Assembly (NCBI GenBank): GCA_918797485.1
Contig: CAKKNE010000004.1
Coordinates: 2,604,001 to 2,668,000 of the forward strand
From: Pelagomonas calceolata
Taxonomy: Eukaryota
Length of the DNA: 64,000 bases
Reading direction: 5' to 3'
The translations under genes were made by a program, and so were the position numbers. Below are positions 10,533-21,627 of this stretch, piece by piece; the stretch's first letter is position 1, and the number at the start of each line of letters is the position of its first letter. Under the pieces are notes generated by a model. That model was given only the letters and a program-made list of their open reading frames with translations, was not told where the DNA came from and made no database searches.

Positions 10533-13500
10533 ACAAGTTTCCCCGCCCTATCTCCCGGGTCCGACTCCTCGTTTTTATATCTCGCGCAATGCGTCGCCAC
10601 GTCGATGGCGTCGAGTAGGGGTAGGCCAGATATATCGGCCCGTACCCGCGATCGTAAGTATATCGGGCAGTGCCCGCGATCGTGAACACAAAATGCCCCG
10701 TACCATTGACGGAGCGCCCGACGCCTAGTACTCTACTTTCGAAACGTGCGGGACCGATGCGTCAAGACCGATAAAACGGGTTGCGCTAGCGGCCTGTAAG
10801 ACACTAGCAACGTCACGGGAGACCTTTGTGCCAGTCTTTAGAACCTTTGAGGGCAACCTCCCATTGCTTCTCCGATCTTTGCGGGTTGGGACCATCCCTC
10901 CACATCAGTACCACCCCGTACCCGCGCGCGGGCTGCATACAATTGCCCTGGCGGGCAGCCGAATGCACTGTTAAACGTCTGGCCATTGCCGCTGCGGCAC
11001 GAATGGCACGACGGCACTGAACGGCCGCGCCGGCGCCGCGGCCCGCGTCCCCGCTGCGCCGGGCCCGAGCTTTAGCCGAGGCGCGCGCCGAAAGTCGAGC
11101 GCGCGGCGTCGGCCGCACGCGGCGGTCGCGCGCGGCGCGAACCGGAAGCGAAGAGCCAGCGCCCGCCGGGCGTGGCATCCTGCCGCACCCGCTCGGCCGC
11201 GGCGCAAGCCGGTGGCGCCGCTCGAGGCGCTCAGGATCATATCAAGGCGGCATCGGGGCTGGACGTGCCGCCGCGCCCGCGGTTCTCCAGTTCTGCTTCA
11301 CGGACGCGGCGCCGACTCCTCGTTTTTATATCTCGCGCAATGCGTCGCCACGTCGATGGCGTCGAGTAGGGAAAGGCCAGATATATCGGCCCGTACCCGC
11401 GATCGTAAGTATATCGGGCAGTGCCCGCGATCGTGAACACAAAATGCCCCGTACCATTGACGGAGCGCCCGACGCCTAGTACTCTACTTTCGAAACGTGC
11501 GGGACCGATGCGTCAAGACCGATAAAACGGGTTGCGCTAGCGGCCTGTAAGACACTAGCAACGTCACGGGAGACCTTTGTGCCAGTCTTTAGAACCTTTG
11601 AGGGCAACCTCCCATTGCTTCTCCGATCTTTGCGGGTTGGGACCATCCCTCCACATCAGTACCACCCCGTACCCGCGCGCGGGCTGCATACAATTGCCCT
11701 GGCGGGCAGCCGAATGCACTGTTAAACGTCTGGCCATTGCCGCTGCGGCACGAATGGCACGACGGCACTGAACGGCCGCGCCGGCGCCGCGGCCCGCGTC
11801 CCCGCTGCGCCGGGCCCGAGCTTTAGCCGAGGCGCGCGCCGAAAGTCGAGCGCGCGGCGTCGGCCGCACGCGGCGGTCGCGCGCGGCGCGAACCGGAAGC
11901 GAAGAGCCAGCGCCCGCCGGGCGTGGCATCCTGCCGCACCCGCTCGGCCGCGGCGCAAGCCGGTGGCGCCGCTCGAGGCGCTCAGGATCATATCAAGGCG
12001 GCATCGGGGGGGGACGTGCCGCCGCGGGCGCAGTTCTCCAGTTCTGCTTCACGGACGCGGCGCCGGCTCCTTGCTTTTATATCTCGCGCAATGCGTCGCC
12101 ACGTCGATGGCGTCGAGTAGGGGTAGGCCAGATATATCGGCCCGTACCCGCGATCGTAAGTATATCGGGCAAGTGCCCGCGATCGTGAACACAAAATGCC
12201 CCGTACCATTGACGGAGCGCCCGACGCCTAGTACTCTACTTTCGAAACGTGCGGGACCGATGCGTCAAGACCGATAAAACGGGTTGCGCTAGCGGCCTGT
12301 AAGACACTAGCAACGTCACGGGAGACCTTTGTGCCAGTCTTTAGAACCTTTGAGGGCAACCTCCCATTGCTTCTCCGATCTTTGCGGGTTGGGACCATCC
12401 CTCCACATCAGTACCACCCCGTACCCGCGCGCGGGCTGCATACAATGCCCTGCCGGGCAGCCGAATGCACTGTTAAACGTCGGGCCATTGCCGCTGCGGC
12501 ACGAATGGCACGACGGCGCTGAACGGCCGCGCCGGCGCCGCGGCCCGCGTCCCCGCTGCGCCGGGCCCGCGCTTTAGCCGAGGCGCGCGCCGAAAGTCGA
12601 GCGCGCGGCGTCGGCCGCGCGCGGCGGTCGCGCGCGGCGCGAACCGGAAGCGAAGAGCCAGCGCCCGCCGGGCGTGGCATCCTGCCGCACCCGCTCGGCC
12701 GCGGCGCAAGCCGGTGGCGCCGCTCGAGGCGCTCAGGATCATATCAAGGCGGCATCGGGGGGGGACGTGCCGCCGCGGGCGCAGTTCTCCAGTTCTGCTT
12801 CACGGACGCGGCGCCGGCTCCTTGCTTTTATATCTCGCGCAATGCGTCGCCACGTCGATGGCGTCGAGTAGGGGTAGGCCAGATATATCGGCCCGTACCC
12901 GCGATCGTAAGTATATCGGGCAAGTGCCCGCGATCGTGAACACAAAATGCCCCGTACCATTGACGGAGCGCCCGACGCCTAGTACTCTACTTTCGAAACG
13001 TGCGGGACCGATGCGTCAAGACCGATAAAACGGGTTGCGCTAGCGGCCTGTAAGACACTAGCAACGTCACGGGAGACCTTTGTGCCAGTCTTTAGAACCT
13101 TTGAGGGCAACCTCCCATTGCTTCTCCGATCTTTGCGGGTTGGGACCATCCCTCCACATCAGTACCACCCCGTACCCGCGCGCGGGCTGCATACAATTGC
13201 CCTGGCGGGCAGCCGAATGCACTGTTAAACGTCTGGCCATTGCCGCTGCGGCACGAATGGCACGACGGCGCTGAACGGCCGCGCCGGCGCCGCGGCCCGC
13301 GTCCCCGCTGCGCCGGGCCCGCGCTTTAGCCGAGGCGCGCGCCGAAAGTCGAGCGCGCGGCGTCGGCCGCGCGCGGCGGTCGCGCGCGGCGCGAACCGGA
13401 AGCGAAGAGCCAGCGCCCGCCGGGCGTGGCATCCTGCCGCACCCGCTCGGCCGCGGCGCAAGCCGGTGGCGCCGCTCGAGGCGCTCAGGATCATATCAAG

Positions 13501-15050
13501 GCGGCATCGGGGGCGTGCCGCTGGCGCGCCCTCCTGCCCAGTTGCTTCACGGACGCGGCGCCGGCTCCTTGCTTTTATATCTCGCGCAATGCGTCGCCAC
13601 GTCGATGGCGTCGAGTAGGGGTAGGCCAGATATATCGGCCCGTACCCGCGATCGTAAGTATATCGGGCAAGTGCCCGCGATCGTGAACACAAAATGCCCC
13701 GTACCATTGACGGAGCGCCCGACGCCTAGTACTCTACTTTCGAAACGTGCGGGACCGATGCGTCAAGACCGATAAAACGGGTGCGCTAGCGGCCTGTAAG
13801 ACACTAGCAACGTTACGGGAGACATTTTGTCAGTCTTTGACGCGTTTTGAGGGCAACTTCCCATTGCTTCTCCGATCTTTGCGGGTTGGGACCATCCCTC
13901 CACATCAGTACCACCCCGTACCCGCGCGCGGGCTGCATACAATGCCCTGCCGGGCAGCCGAATGCACTGTTAAACGTCGGGCCATTGCCGCTGCGGCACG
14001 AATGGCACGACGGCGCTGAACGGCCGCGCCGGCGCCGCGGCCCGCGTCCCCGCTGCGCCGGGCCCGCGCTTTAGCCGAGGCGCGCGCCGAAAGTCGAGCG
14101 CGCGGCGTCGGCCGCGCGCGGCGGTCGCGCGCGGCGCGAACCGGAAGCGAAGAGCCAGCGCCCGCCCTGCGTGGCATCCTGCCGCACCCGCTCGGCTGCG
14201 GCGCAAGCCGGTGGCGCCGCTCAGGCGCTCGGGATCATATCAAGGCGGCATCGGGGGCGTGCGCCGCGGGGCGCCCTCTGCCCTGCTTCACGGACGCGGC
14301 GCCGGCTCCTTGCTTTTTATATCGCGCAATGCGTCGCCACGTCGATGGCGTCGAGGGGTAGGCCCATATATCGGCCCGCACCAGCGATCGTAAGTATATC
14401 GGGCAAGTGCCCGCGATCGTGAACACAAATGCCCCCGTACCATTGACGGAGCGCCCGACGCGGTACTCTACTTTCTAAACGTGTGCGGGACCGATGCGTC
14501 AAGACCGATAAAACGGGTGCGCTAGCGGCCTGTAAGACACTAGCAACGTTACGGGAGACATTTTGTCAGTCTTTGACGCGTTTTGAGGGCAACTTCCCAT
14601 TGCTTCTCCGATCTTTGCGGGTTGGGACCATCCCTCCACATCAGTACCACCCCGTACCCGCGCGCGGGCTGCATACAATGCCCTGCCGGGCAGCCGAATG
14701 CACTGTTAAACGTCGGGCCATTGCCGCTGCGGCACGAATGGCACGACGGCGCTGAACGGCCGCGCCGGCGCCGCGGCCCGCGTCCCCGCTGCGCCGGGCC
14801 CGCGCTTTAGCCGAGGCGCGCGCCGAAAGTCGAGCGCGCGGCGTCGGCCGCGCGCGGCGGTCGCGCGCGGCGCGAACCGGAAGCGAAGAGCCAGCGCCCG
14901 CCCTGCGTGGCATCCTGCCGCACCCGCTCGGCTGCGGCGCAAGCCGGTGGCGCCGCTCGAGGCGCTCGGGATCATATCAAGGCGGCATCGGGGGGGGGAC
15001 GTGCCGCCGCGCCCGCGGTTCTCCAGTTCTGCTTCACGGAGGCGGCGCCG
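10533..15050. repeat. Tandem array of six ~736-752 bp non-coding units
   Basis: Anchor CTAGCGGCCTGTAAGACACTAG at 10786, 11537, 12289, 13040, 13786 and 14522; the units are nearly identical. Confidence 0.97.
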
Positions 15051-15635
15051 GCGCCCTGCGCGATCTACGACGGCCGATTCGGCACGGCCAGCCGCGCTGA
15101 GGCATCGGACCGAGTGGCGGAAGAAGCCGCGGGGCCCCTACGACGAGTGGCGCACCCGCGCCGCGGCCCCTCTTCCTTCGCTCGTCGCGACGGTGATGCA
15201 CTTCATTCCCGTGGTTCCGAGGCGTCGCGACGGCGCCGACGCCGCCGTTCTATTTCAGGCCTTCCCATCTCCGGACGACGCCGTGGAGGCGGGCACCCAC
15301 ACGATTAGGACGTTCAATTACCACTAGAGCGCGCGCGCGCCGCGGCGGACTCCGGGTCGACGGACGAAGAGAGCACATCCCGATCCTGAGTTTGCCAGGG
15401 CCGCACAAGAAGCCTGCGACGACGCGACGCCGCGGGGTGCGCGTTTCCAGAAGTCGCATTGACGTTTCCCCTCAGCTGCTTCCTTCGGTCGTCGCCCCGC
15501 CGGCGCCTCGAAAGCAGGCATTTGCTTCGCTTCGCTTTCAGGTCCGCATGAATGTTATATTGCATAAGACTGTACTAAGACCCGTAGATCTACCCGTAGG
15601 TAACTCGAGATAATGCTTGTTCCGCCGTGCCCTCA

Positions 15636-15813
15636 CAAATTTCCCCGCCCTATCTCCCGGGTCCGGCTCCTTGTTTTTATATCTCGTGCAGTGCGTCGCC
15701 ACGTCGATGGCGTCGAGTAAATGCCCCGTACCGTTGACGGAGCGCCCGCGTCCGCGAGAGACGCTGCCCCGACGCACAGTACTCTACTTTCGACACGTGC
15801 GGGACCGATGCGT
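15636..15813. repeat. Diverged partial copy of the array's left end
   Basis: ACAAATTTCCCCGCCCTATCTCCCGGGTCCG...GGGACCGATGCGTC matches 10533-10763 with an internal deletion. Confidence 0.9.
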
Positions 15814-15941
15814 CCACCTAAAAGTGCCAGCGCGGGCTCGAACCTACTAGCAGGGAAGGTGCTACCTTACCTGTACTGTCTCTTTTCCAAACCCGTTTTT
15901 TTTCCAGGGACACTCGGCGGACTAAAAGCTACAATGCCGTC

Positions 15942-16727
15942 TTACGCCGCGACGTCCACTCCGTCCGGCGCCGCCTCCACATCGTCGGGCCCCCCGGCCG
16001 CCTCGGGCTCCCACAAGCCCGCGGCCTCGGGCGTGAGGGACACCTGGAAGATCAACACGCCGATCACGACCATCATCTCGAGGTGGCCCGGCATGTTGCC
16101 CGAGTGGGCCTGCGTCGCCAGCTTCATGCCCAGGAACGTCAGGACGCCTCCGTAGACGACTCGCACGACCGTGTACGCGAGCTGGATCGGCCCGCAGTTG
16201 CACGACGTGCACACGACGCACAGCAGGAGCCAGCCCCAGATCATCCGGAAGAAGGCCCACGTCACGCAGGCCGTCACGTGCGTCATGCCCCGCGGATTCG
16301 TGCCCATGCCGATCAAAATGGCGATGAGCGACATCACCGCGAAGAGCGCGGCGGCCATGTTCGCGCACTTGGCGCCGTCGCCCCGATACCGGTCGCCGAG
16401 CTTCGCGGCGAGGCCCAGGTCCGCCGCGCCGTTCACCAGGATGCCCGGGATCACGAAGCCGCGCATGGCATTCTTGGCCGGCCGGTGGAGCATGAGCATC
16501 GACACCGTCGGGTACTTCCGATTAAACTTCCGGCAGCTCGCATCCTTCCGCTCGAAGGACGCCTTCGCCTCGTCCGAGCTGCAGCTGATGCCGGCTCCCG
16601 CCCAGATGCCGCTGCCGCACAGCACGGCGGCGAACCACAGGAGTCCGACGACTATCATGGGCTTCTTGTACCAGGTCCGCCAGGCGGCTTGGTCCGGTTT
16701 TTGCACGTCGTCGGCCTTCTCCGACAT
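15942..16727 (-). CDS. Multi-pass membrane protein of unknown function
   Basis: ORF from MSEKADD with about 6 hydrophobic segments and GC3-rich codons. Confidence 0.65.
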   Translation of the reverse strand: MSEKADDVQKPDQAAWRTWYKKPMIVVGLLWFAAVLCGSGIWAGAGISCSSDEAKASFERKDASCRKFNRKYPTVSMLMLHRPAKNAMRGFVIPGILVNGAADLGLAAKLGDRYRGDGAKCANMAAALFAVMSLIAILIGMGTNPRGMTHVTACVTWAFFRMIWGWLLLCVVCTSCNCGPIQLAYTVVRVVYGGVLTFLGMKLATQAHSGNMPGHLEMMVVIGVLIFQVSLTPEAAGLWEPEAAGGPDDVEAAPDGVDVAA

Positions 16728-16988
16728 TCGCAGACGACGGAGCTGCCGGGCGCCGCCGCACAGGTCTCGGGCTGCCCCGCGCCGGGCAGCACTTGGACAG
16801 AGGGCGCGTTGGGACTCGCCGTCGGCTGCCCGAACTCCAGCTAAGGCGGAGGTGCGTCGGTTGCCGATCCAGTGCCGGCAGAAGATGGCAGAGGCTGCCA
16901 AAGCTTTGACAGAGGCAGAGCGCTGGAGCGGGCGCGTGCCGGGTTAGACGGGAGCTCTCCGGAGACCTCTCCGAACAATAAAACTTCA

Positions 16989-18047
16989 TTAAGACACGTC
17001 TCCCCGGCGGCGGCGCCGACAGAAGGGCGAGGCGAGGTGTTGGGCGTACGCCGCGGCGTTCGCGTCGAGGATCCTCCGAAATTTCTCCGGGAGCTCGTCG
17101 GGCGCGGCCTCGCAGGCGACGGCGGCGAAGAGGGAGCCGTCCGTAGTAGCGCATCCCTCGTGGACGACCTCCCTGGCCGCGGCCGCCCGCACTATGTGAG
17201 CGACGGCCGGCGACGCGTCGCACCAGCGCCAACCAATGCGGGCTATTGTGAGGTTCCGGCCGACGTGGTTGTGGTCGAGCGGCGCTATTCTGCGCCCTCG
17301 ATAAAAAATATTGTTCGCCCGGTCGTAATTGCCTAAGATAGCATCAAACGCCTCCAGGTCGCCCCAGGCGCGCCGCTCCCTTATTGAGAGCGGGCACGCG
17401 CCCACGCCGCAGAGAGCCCGCGCGCCGCGCAGGAACCAGCGGTTAGGGCGAGCAAGTCTCACAAGGTCGTGCGGTTCCCAGCGGACCAACGCGCCCCTGA
17501 CCATGTCGACGTCGTCCCGGAGCGCGCAGCCGTCTCTAGATATGGAAGGTGCGAGGCGCCTGACGAGCCTCCTTGATATGTAGCGGGGGCAGCGCGACAG
17601 GAGCGCCCTGAGTGATCGCGGCGCCGTCGCCGCCGCGAGCGTGCTGCTTGGCACTTCCATGATGATTGCTGGAGGCACGTTCCGCAGGCGCAGCACGCGC
17701 GCGAGCGCCGACGCCACGACCTCGCCCCACGGCTCCTCGAGGTGCCGCGCGTCCTTGACGTCCTTGCCTCCGATTCGCTCGAAATTCATGCGCAGGGGCT
17801 TGTAGAGCGCGCGCTCGCCGCCCTCGAAGTCCAGCAAATACTTGACCGTGAGGCCGCTGCCGCTTGCCGTCGCGTCTGTCACTGTGTAGCTTTGTGTGCT
17901 CGCTGCCCGCAGCGCCGCGAGGCCCTCCCTTCCACCGTCGCCGCCCGCGAGGCCCCTTGCTAAGCGCGTCTGGCGGCGCGCGGCGAGGGCCCAGATTATT
18001 AGTAGTGCCGCGAGCGCTGCAACATGCCGGCGGGCCGGCCGCAGCAT
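16989..18047 (-). CDS. Secretory-pathway kinase, FAM20/Four-jointed-like, type II membrane
   Basis: N-terminal TM segment; ALYKP, EVVASALARVLRLRNVPP, FDAILGNYDRANN and LDHN motifs. An alternative start is at 18167. Confidence 0.65.
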   Translation of the reverse strand: MLRPARRHVAALAALLIIWALAARRQTRLARGLAGGDGGREGLAALRAASTQSYTVTDATASGSGLTVKYLLDFEGGERALYKPLRMNFERIGGKDVKDARHLEEPWGEVVASALARVLRLRNVPPAIIMEVPSSTLAAATAPRSLRALLSRCPRYISRRLVRRLAPSISRDGCALRDDVDMVRGALVRWEPHDLVRLARPNRWFLRGARALCGVGACPLSIRERRAWGDLEAFDAILGNYDRANNIFYRGRRIAPLDHNHVGRNLTIARIGWRWCDASPAVAHIVRAAAAREVVHEGCATTDGSLFAAVACEAAPDELPEKFRRILDANAAAYAQHLASPFCRRRRRGDVS

Positions 18048-18383
18048 CACGGGCCGCCGGTGCCGCGATGGTGGTGCGGCCGGCACGCTGCGCGGCGGCC
18101 GGGCCTCGCCATGGCGCCACCGCGTCGGCCGCCACCGCGTCGGCCGCCATCGCGTCGGCCGCTCCATCAGTCACGACGCGCTCATCTTCCTCTCTCTCCG
18201 GCTGGCAAGTGCGTGAGAGTGGTGCTCTGCTGCCAATAATGGAAGTGCAATATTTGGAGTAGCCTAAATGCGACTGGCACGCAATATTTCGAGCAGCCAC
18301 AATCAATAATCAATGCGACTGGTATTATTTGTCGAGTAATTACACTCCGGGGCAGCCTTTGCCAGCGGGTTTAAAAAAGCGAG

Positions 18384-18405
18384 CTAGCGGCCTGTAAGGC
18401 ACTAG
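18384..18405. promoter_or_regulatory. CTAG-N14-CTAG motif in a divergent promoter
   Basis: CTAGCGGCCTGTAAGGCACTAG. Confidence 0.65.
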
Positions 18406-18543
18406 CACGAGCAGCAACTTTGCAGCCGGCTCACAGCACAAACACAAGCGCAGCTGCAGCATGGGTGCCGTGTTATAACTCCCAAGCACCTCTACAGATC
18501 AGTGCAGCGAAGTAACTACTCGCAGCACCATCCATGTGGTAGC

Positions 18544-20236
18544 ATGAAGACCACCCTTGTAACCCTTACGCTCGCGCTTGCGATCGCGCAAGGCGCGACG
18601 CTCGCGCAAGGCGAAGTCGACTGGCCGTCGCGCGCGAAAGCCGTGAGAGGCGCTCTGAAGGACTCCTTCCGCGCCTACGAGAAGGACGCGAGCGGCTTCG
18701 ACGACCTCGCGCCGGTCTCGCGACGAGGCGTCAACTGGCTGCACTCCCGAGCCACCCTCGTCGACGCGCTGGACAGCTTGTACGTCGTCGGGCTACGCGA
18801 GGACTACGAGAGGGCCGTGACCGAAGTGCTGAGGCCGACGCTCGTCGGCGAGCCGCCGTTCTGGCAGTCTGTCTCCGTTTTCGAGTACCACATCCGTGTC
18901 GTAGGAGGGCTATTGGGCGCGTTCGAGGTGTCGGGCGATCGGCGCTTGCTCCACGCGGCGAGCCATGCCGCCGACCGCGTGCTGAGCGTCCTCCCGCGCA
19001 AATTGGGAGACGCCTACACGCGCACGCGGCAGCGCCTTGCCGATCCCTACGGGAGACCCATCTTGTGGCTGGTCGCGCGTATCATCGACGAGGTCCAGGC
19101 GCGCTGGCCCGGGCAGCACAAGGACTGCGCGTCTCTGGCCGGTATAGGCAGCTTCGGTCTCGAGCTCCGCGTCCTGGCGCGCGAGACGGGCGACCTCACG
19201 TACGAGGCCGCGGCCGATCGTATCTTCGACCAGTTACACGAAGGCTGGGCCGAGGACGGCGGCGGTGGCATGAAGCGGTGGATGAAGGGGTTCTACGGCA
19301 AGGACTGCAATTTCAACAACCGGTTGCACGCGCGCCGAGGCCTTGGGTCGGGGGGCGACTCGTTCCACGAGTACCTGCTGAAGGAGCAGCTCGTCGGCGA
19401 CGCCTCGGAGGCGCGCGCGGCCATGTACGACTGGGTGGAAGCTAGATTGATGCGCGAGGCGCTGCCGAACGAGCATCTCGCGCTGTTTGCTCCCGGTATG
19501 CTCGCGCTCGGCGCGACGACTGCAAAGCGCCGGCGGAGCGCCTCTTCGACAAGTCGGGAGCGCGCGCTCGCCCGCGCCCGGGAGCTCGTCGACGGCCACG
19601 GGCGCGACTGGTATCGCACTGTGTGGAATCAGATTTCGGACGCCCCACGCGTCGATGGCGTGGGGGTTCACGCAGATCTCCGCAATACTTCTCAGGATAA
19701 CCTAACTCACTGGTTGATTTCCACACAGGTATCGCACCCCCACGGGCCTCGGCGCGGACGGGAAAGGTGAAAAGAGTCGATGGTATGCTCTGCGACCGGA
19801 ATATGTGGAGAGCCTCTTCTACCTCTACCGGACGACGGGCGACGACGTTTACAGGGACCGGGGCTGGGCCGTGTTCGAGGCGCTCGTCACGCATTGCCGC
19901 GTGAAGGCGACGGGCGCGTTCGCGGGTCTCAAGGACGTGCGGTCTCCAAAGCCCGAGTTAGATGATGCGATGCCGTCGTTCTTTCTCGCGGAGACGCTGA
20001 AGTACTTGTACCTGCTCTTCTCCGAGCGGGACGTCTATCCCCTCGACGAGTGGGTGTTTACGACGGAGGCGCATCTGCTCGCGACGGAGCCGCGGTGCGA
20101 CCGGGCGGCCTGCGTCGGGCCCGCGCGGCCGCCGCGGTGGCGGCGACTCCCCCTCGACGTCGTGGTATTGCTCCTCTTCGGCTGCTTGTTGTGGATCCGT
20201 GTGCGGCGGCGACGCCGGAAGGAGCGGACGGTGTAA
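18544..20236 (+). CDS. GH47 alpha-1,2-mannosidase (EDEM/MNS1-like); exons 18544-19610 and 19729-20236
   Basis: Signal peptide; TLVDALDSL, SVFEYHIRVVGGLL, DSFHEYLLK; after splicing YALRPEYVESLFYLYRTTGD, MPSFFLAETLKYLYLLF, WVFTTEAH; C-terminal TM segment. Confidence 0.92.
19611..19728 (+). mobile_element. Introner-type intron (GT-AG, 118 nt) with perfect 8-bp TSD
   Basis: TSD GTATCGCA at 19611-19618 and 19729-19736; TIRs CTGTGTGGAATC / GATTTCCACACAG. Confidence 0.95.
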
Positions 20237-20288
20237 TGTTGTGTTTCGTACCCTGTGGAGCTTGCCCCCCCCATCCTCGATTAATTTC

Positions 20289-21296
20289 TTATCCAGGCGC
20301 CTCGAGCCGCCCGAGCCTCCGCGCGCGTAATACGAGCGCGCCGATCGCGTCCGCCACGAGGCCGGGCCGTTCCCACGGCGGCACGTTGCAGGACCCCTCG
20401 ATCGCCACGCGCTCGAGGTCCGGGACGGTCTCGGCGTAGCCGCCGCGCTTCTCGCTCCGCTTGTCCGCCGCGCCCTCGATGACCAGCACGGGTTGGGGGA
20501 TTTGTGTCTTGAGCTCGTCGAAGAGGCCGCGCGCGCCGACAACGCCCGCGTTGAACGTCAGCACCGGCTCTATAGATTTCGGCCTTTCATCGTCCGTCAG
20601 GCAGTTGCTGATCCACGCCTCGTCGCACGCGTCGGCGAAGAGGAACAGGTCCGAGAAGAACTTGACGAAGAAGGCGCTCCGGAGCAGTTTGACGAGCTGC
20701 CGCCCGAGCGACGACTGCAAAAACTCCAAGTTTCGAGCTACCTCCGCGCTGTCGAGGCCCTCGGCGAGGTCGGCGAAGGGCGGCGGCGCGCTCAGCGCGA
20801 GGCCCGCCACGGCCCGCGCGCCGTCCCACCGATCCGAGGACCGCGAGGCGAGGTAGACCCCGACGGGCGCCAGGCCGCCCTGCGCGACGACGCAGCAGGG
20901 CTTGCCGATCTTCTGGCGCCAGAGCTCCTCGACTTGCCGCGAGTAGTCCAGCGGCAAAAATAAACCGCGCTCGGCCGGGTCCCACGCGTCGCTGCGGCCG
21001 CACCCAATAAAGTCGGGCGCGTAGACCTCATTGGGCAGCTCCGCCATCACTCTCGTCCAGAACCAACTCGAGAGGCCAATACCGACGGGATGCAGCAGCA
21101 CGATCGCCGGCTCGCAGCCCGTCTTGTGCCGGTAGCCGCACGTCCAGCCGTCGTGCTCGTAAGTTTCGTACGTCCCGCCGGGCACATCATCGCCAGTCTC
21201 GAAGCGCGCGCGCGCGGCGACAGCGCGGCGCGGTGCGGCTCGGAATGGCTGCTGCAACGCGGCGGCGTGCGCCCAGAGCAGCGCAGTGAGATGCAT
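20289..21296 (-). CDS. Alpha/beta hydrolase-fold protein, probably plastid-targeted
   Basis: IVLLHPVGIGLSSWFW and VYAPDFIGCGRSD; N-terminal signal-like peptide followed by an Arg/Ala-rich transit-like stretch. Confidence 0.75.
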   Translation of the reverse strand: MHLTALLWAHAAALQQPFRAAPRRAVAARARFETGDDVPGGTYETYEHDGWTCGYRHKTGCEPAIVLLHPVGIGLSSWFWTRVMAELPNEVYAPDFIGCGRSDAWDPAERGLFLPLDYSRQVEELWRQKIGKPCCVVAQGGLAPVGVYLASRSSDRWDGARAVAGLALSAPPPFADLAEGLDSAEVARNLEFLQSSLGRQLVKLLRSAFFVKFFSDLFLFADACDEAWISNCLTDDERPKSIEPVLTFNAGVVGARGLFDELKTQIPQPVLVIEGAADKRSEKRGGYAETVPDLERVAIEGSCNVPPWERPGLVADAIGALVLRARRLGRLEAPG

Positions 21297-21452
21297 GATG
21301 CTCTCCCTGGCAAGTTGTGCCAAGGCCTTTAAGGGATGGATCCCTGCAAGAATCACAGCAAGGGGTTATAGATGAACGAGTTATCGATGCCTAGCGCCGC
21401 ATATAATTGCAAGTAACGCACGTGCCGAGGCTGTGGCAAAACTTGAGGATTT

Positions 21453-21474
21453 CTAGTGCCTTACCAAACGCTAG
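21453..21474. promoter_or_regulatory. CTAG-N14-CTAG motif in a divergent promoter
   Basis: CTAGTGCCTTACCAAACGCTAG, about 155 bp from both ATGs. Confidence 0.6.
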
Positions 21475-21627
21475 CTAAGCTCCGCGCGTCCCCAGCTACG
21501 CGCTAATTCAGCGCGAGCTATAGCAAACTATTCGTGCGCCAGCACGCCATCGCTGCGAGCAACCACTGCTACCGCGCACGCCACGCGCAATAGCCGAGAC
21601 ACGCTGCGCTAGGCACAGCCGACAGCC

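Noticed and set aside
10813..14975. Repeated 60-160 aa ORFs in the array
   Set aside because: Frames break between copies, most starts are non-ATG, and the products are low-complexity with no domain.
10533..15050. Array as CRISPR, 5S rDNA, or U1/U3/U4/U6 snRNA or RNase P/MRP genes
   Set aside because: There are no unique spacers. Only short chance matches (ATACTTAC, ATCTTTGCG, CCGATAAAA, GGATCAT, GAAAGTC) were found, without the required following conserved boxes.
15565..15635. AAGACTGTACT as a U3 snoRNA 5' end
   Set aside because: No box A (GGATCATTTC) or C'/B/C/D boxes follow it.
18113..18163. 15-bp tandem repeat (RWRPT x3); also CAACGCGACG-type repeats at 32872-32955 and GCAACCGCGAGA x3 at ~48879-48915
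   Set aside because: These are ordinary short tandem repeats with no further structure.
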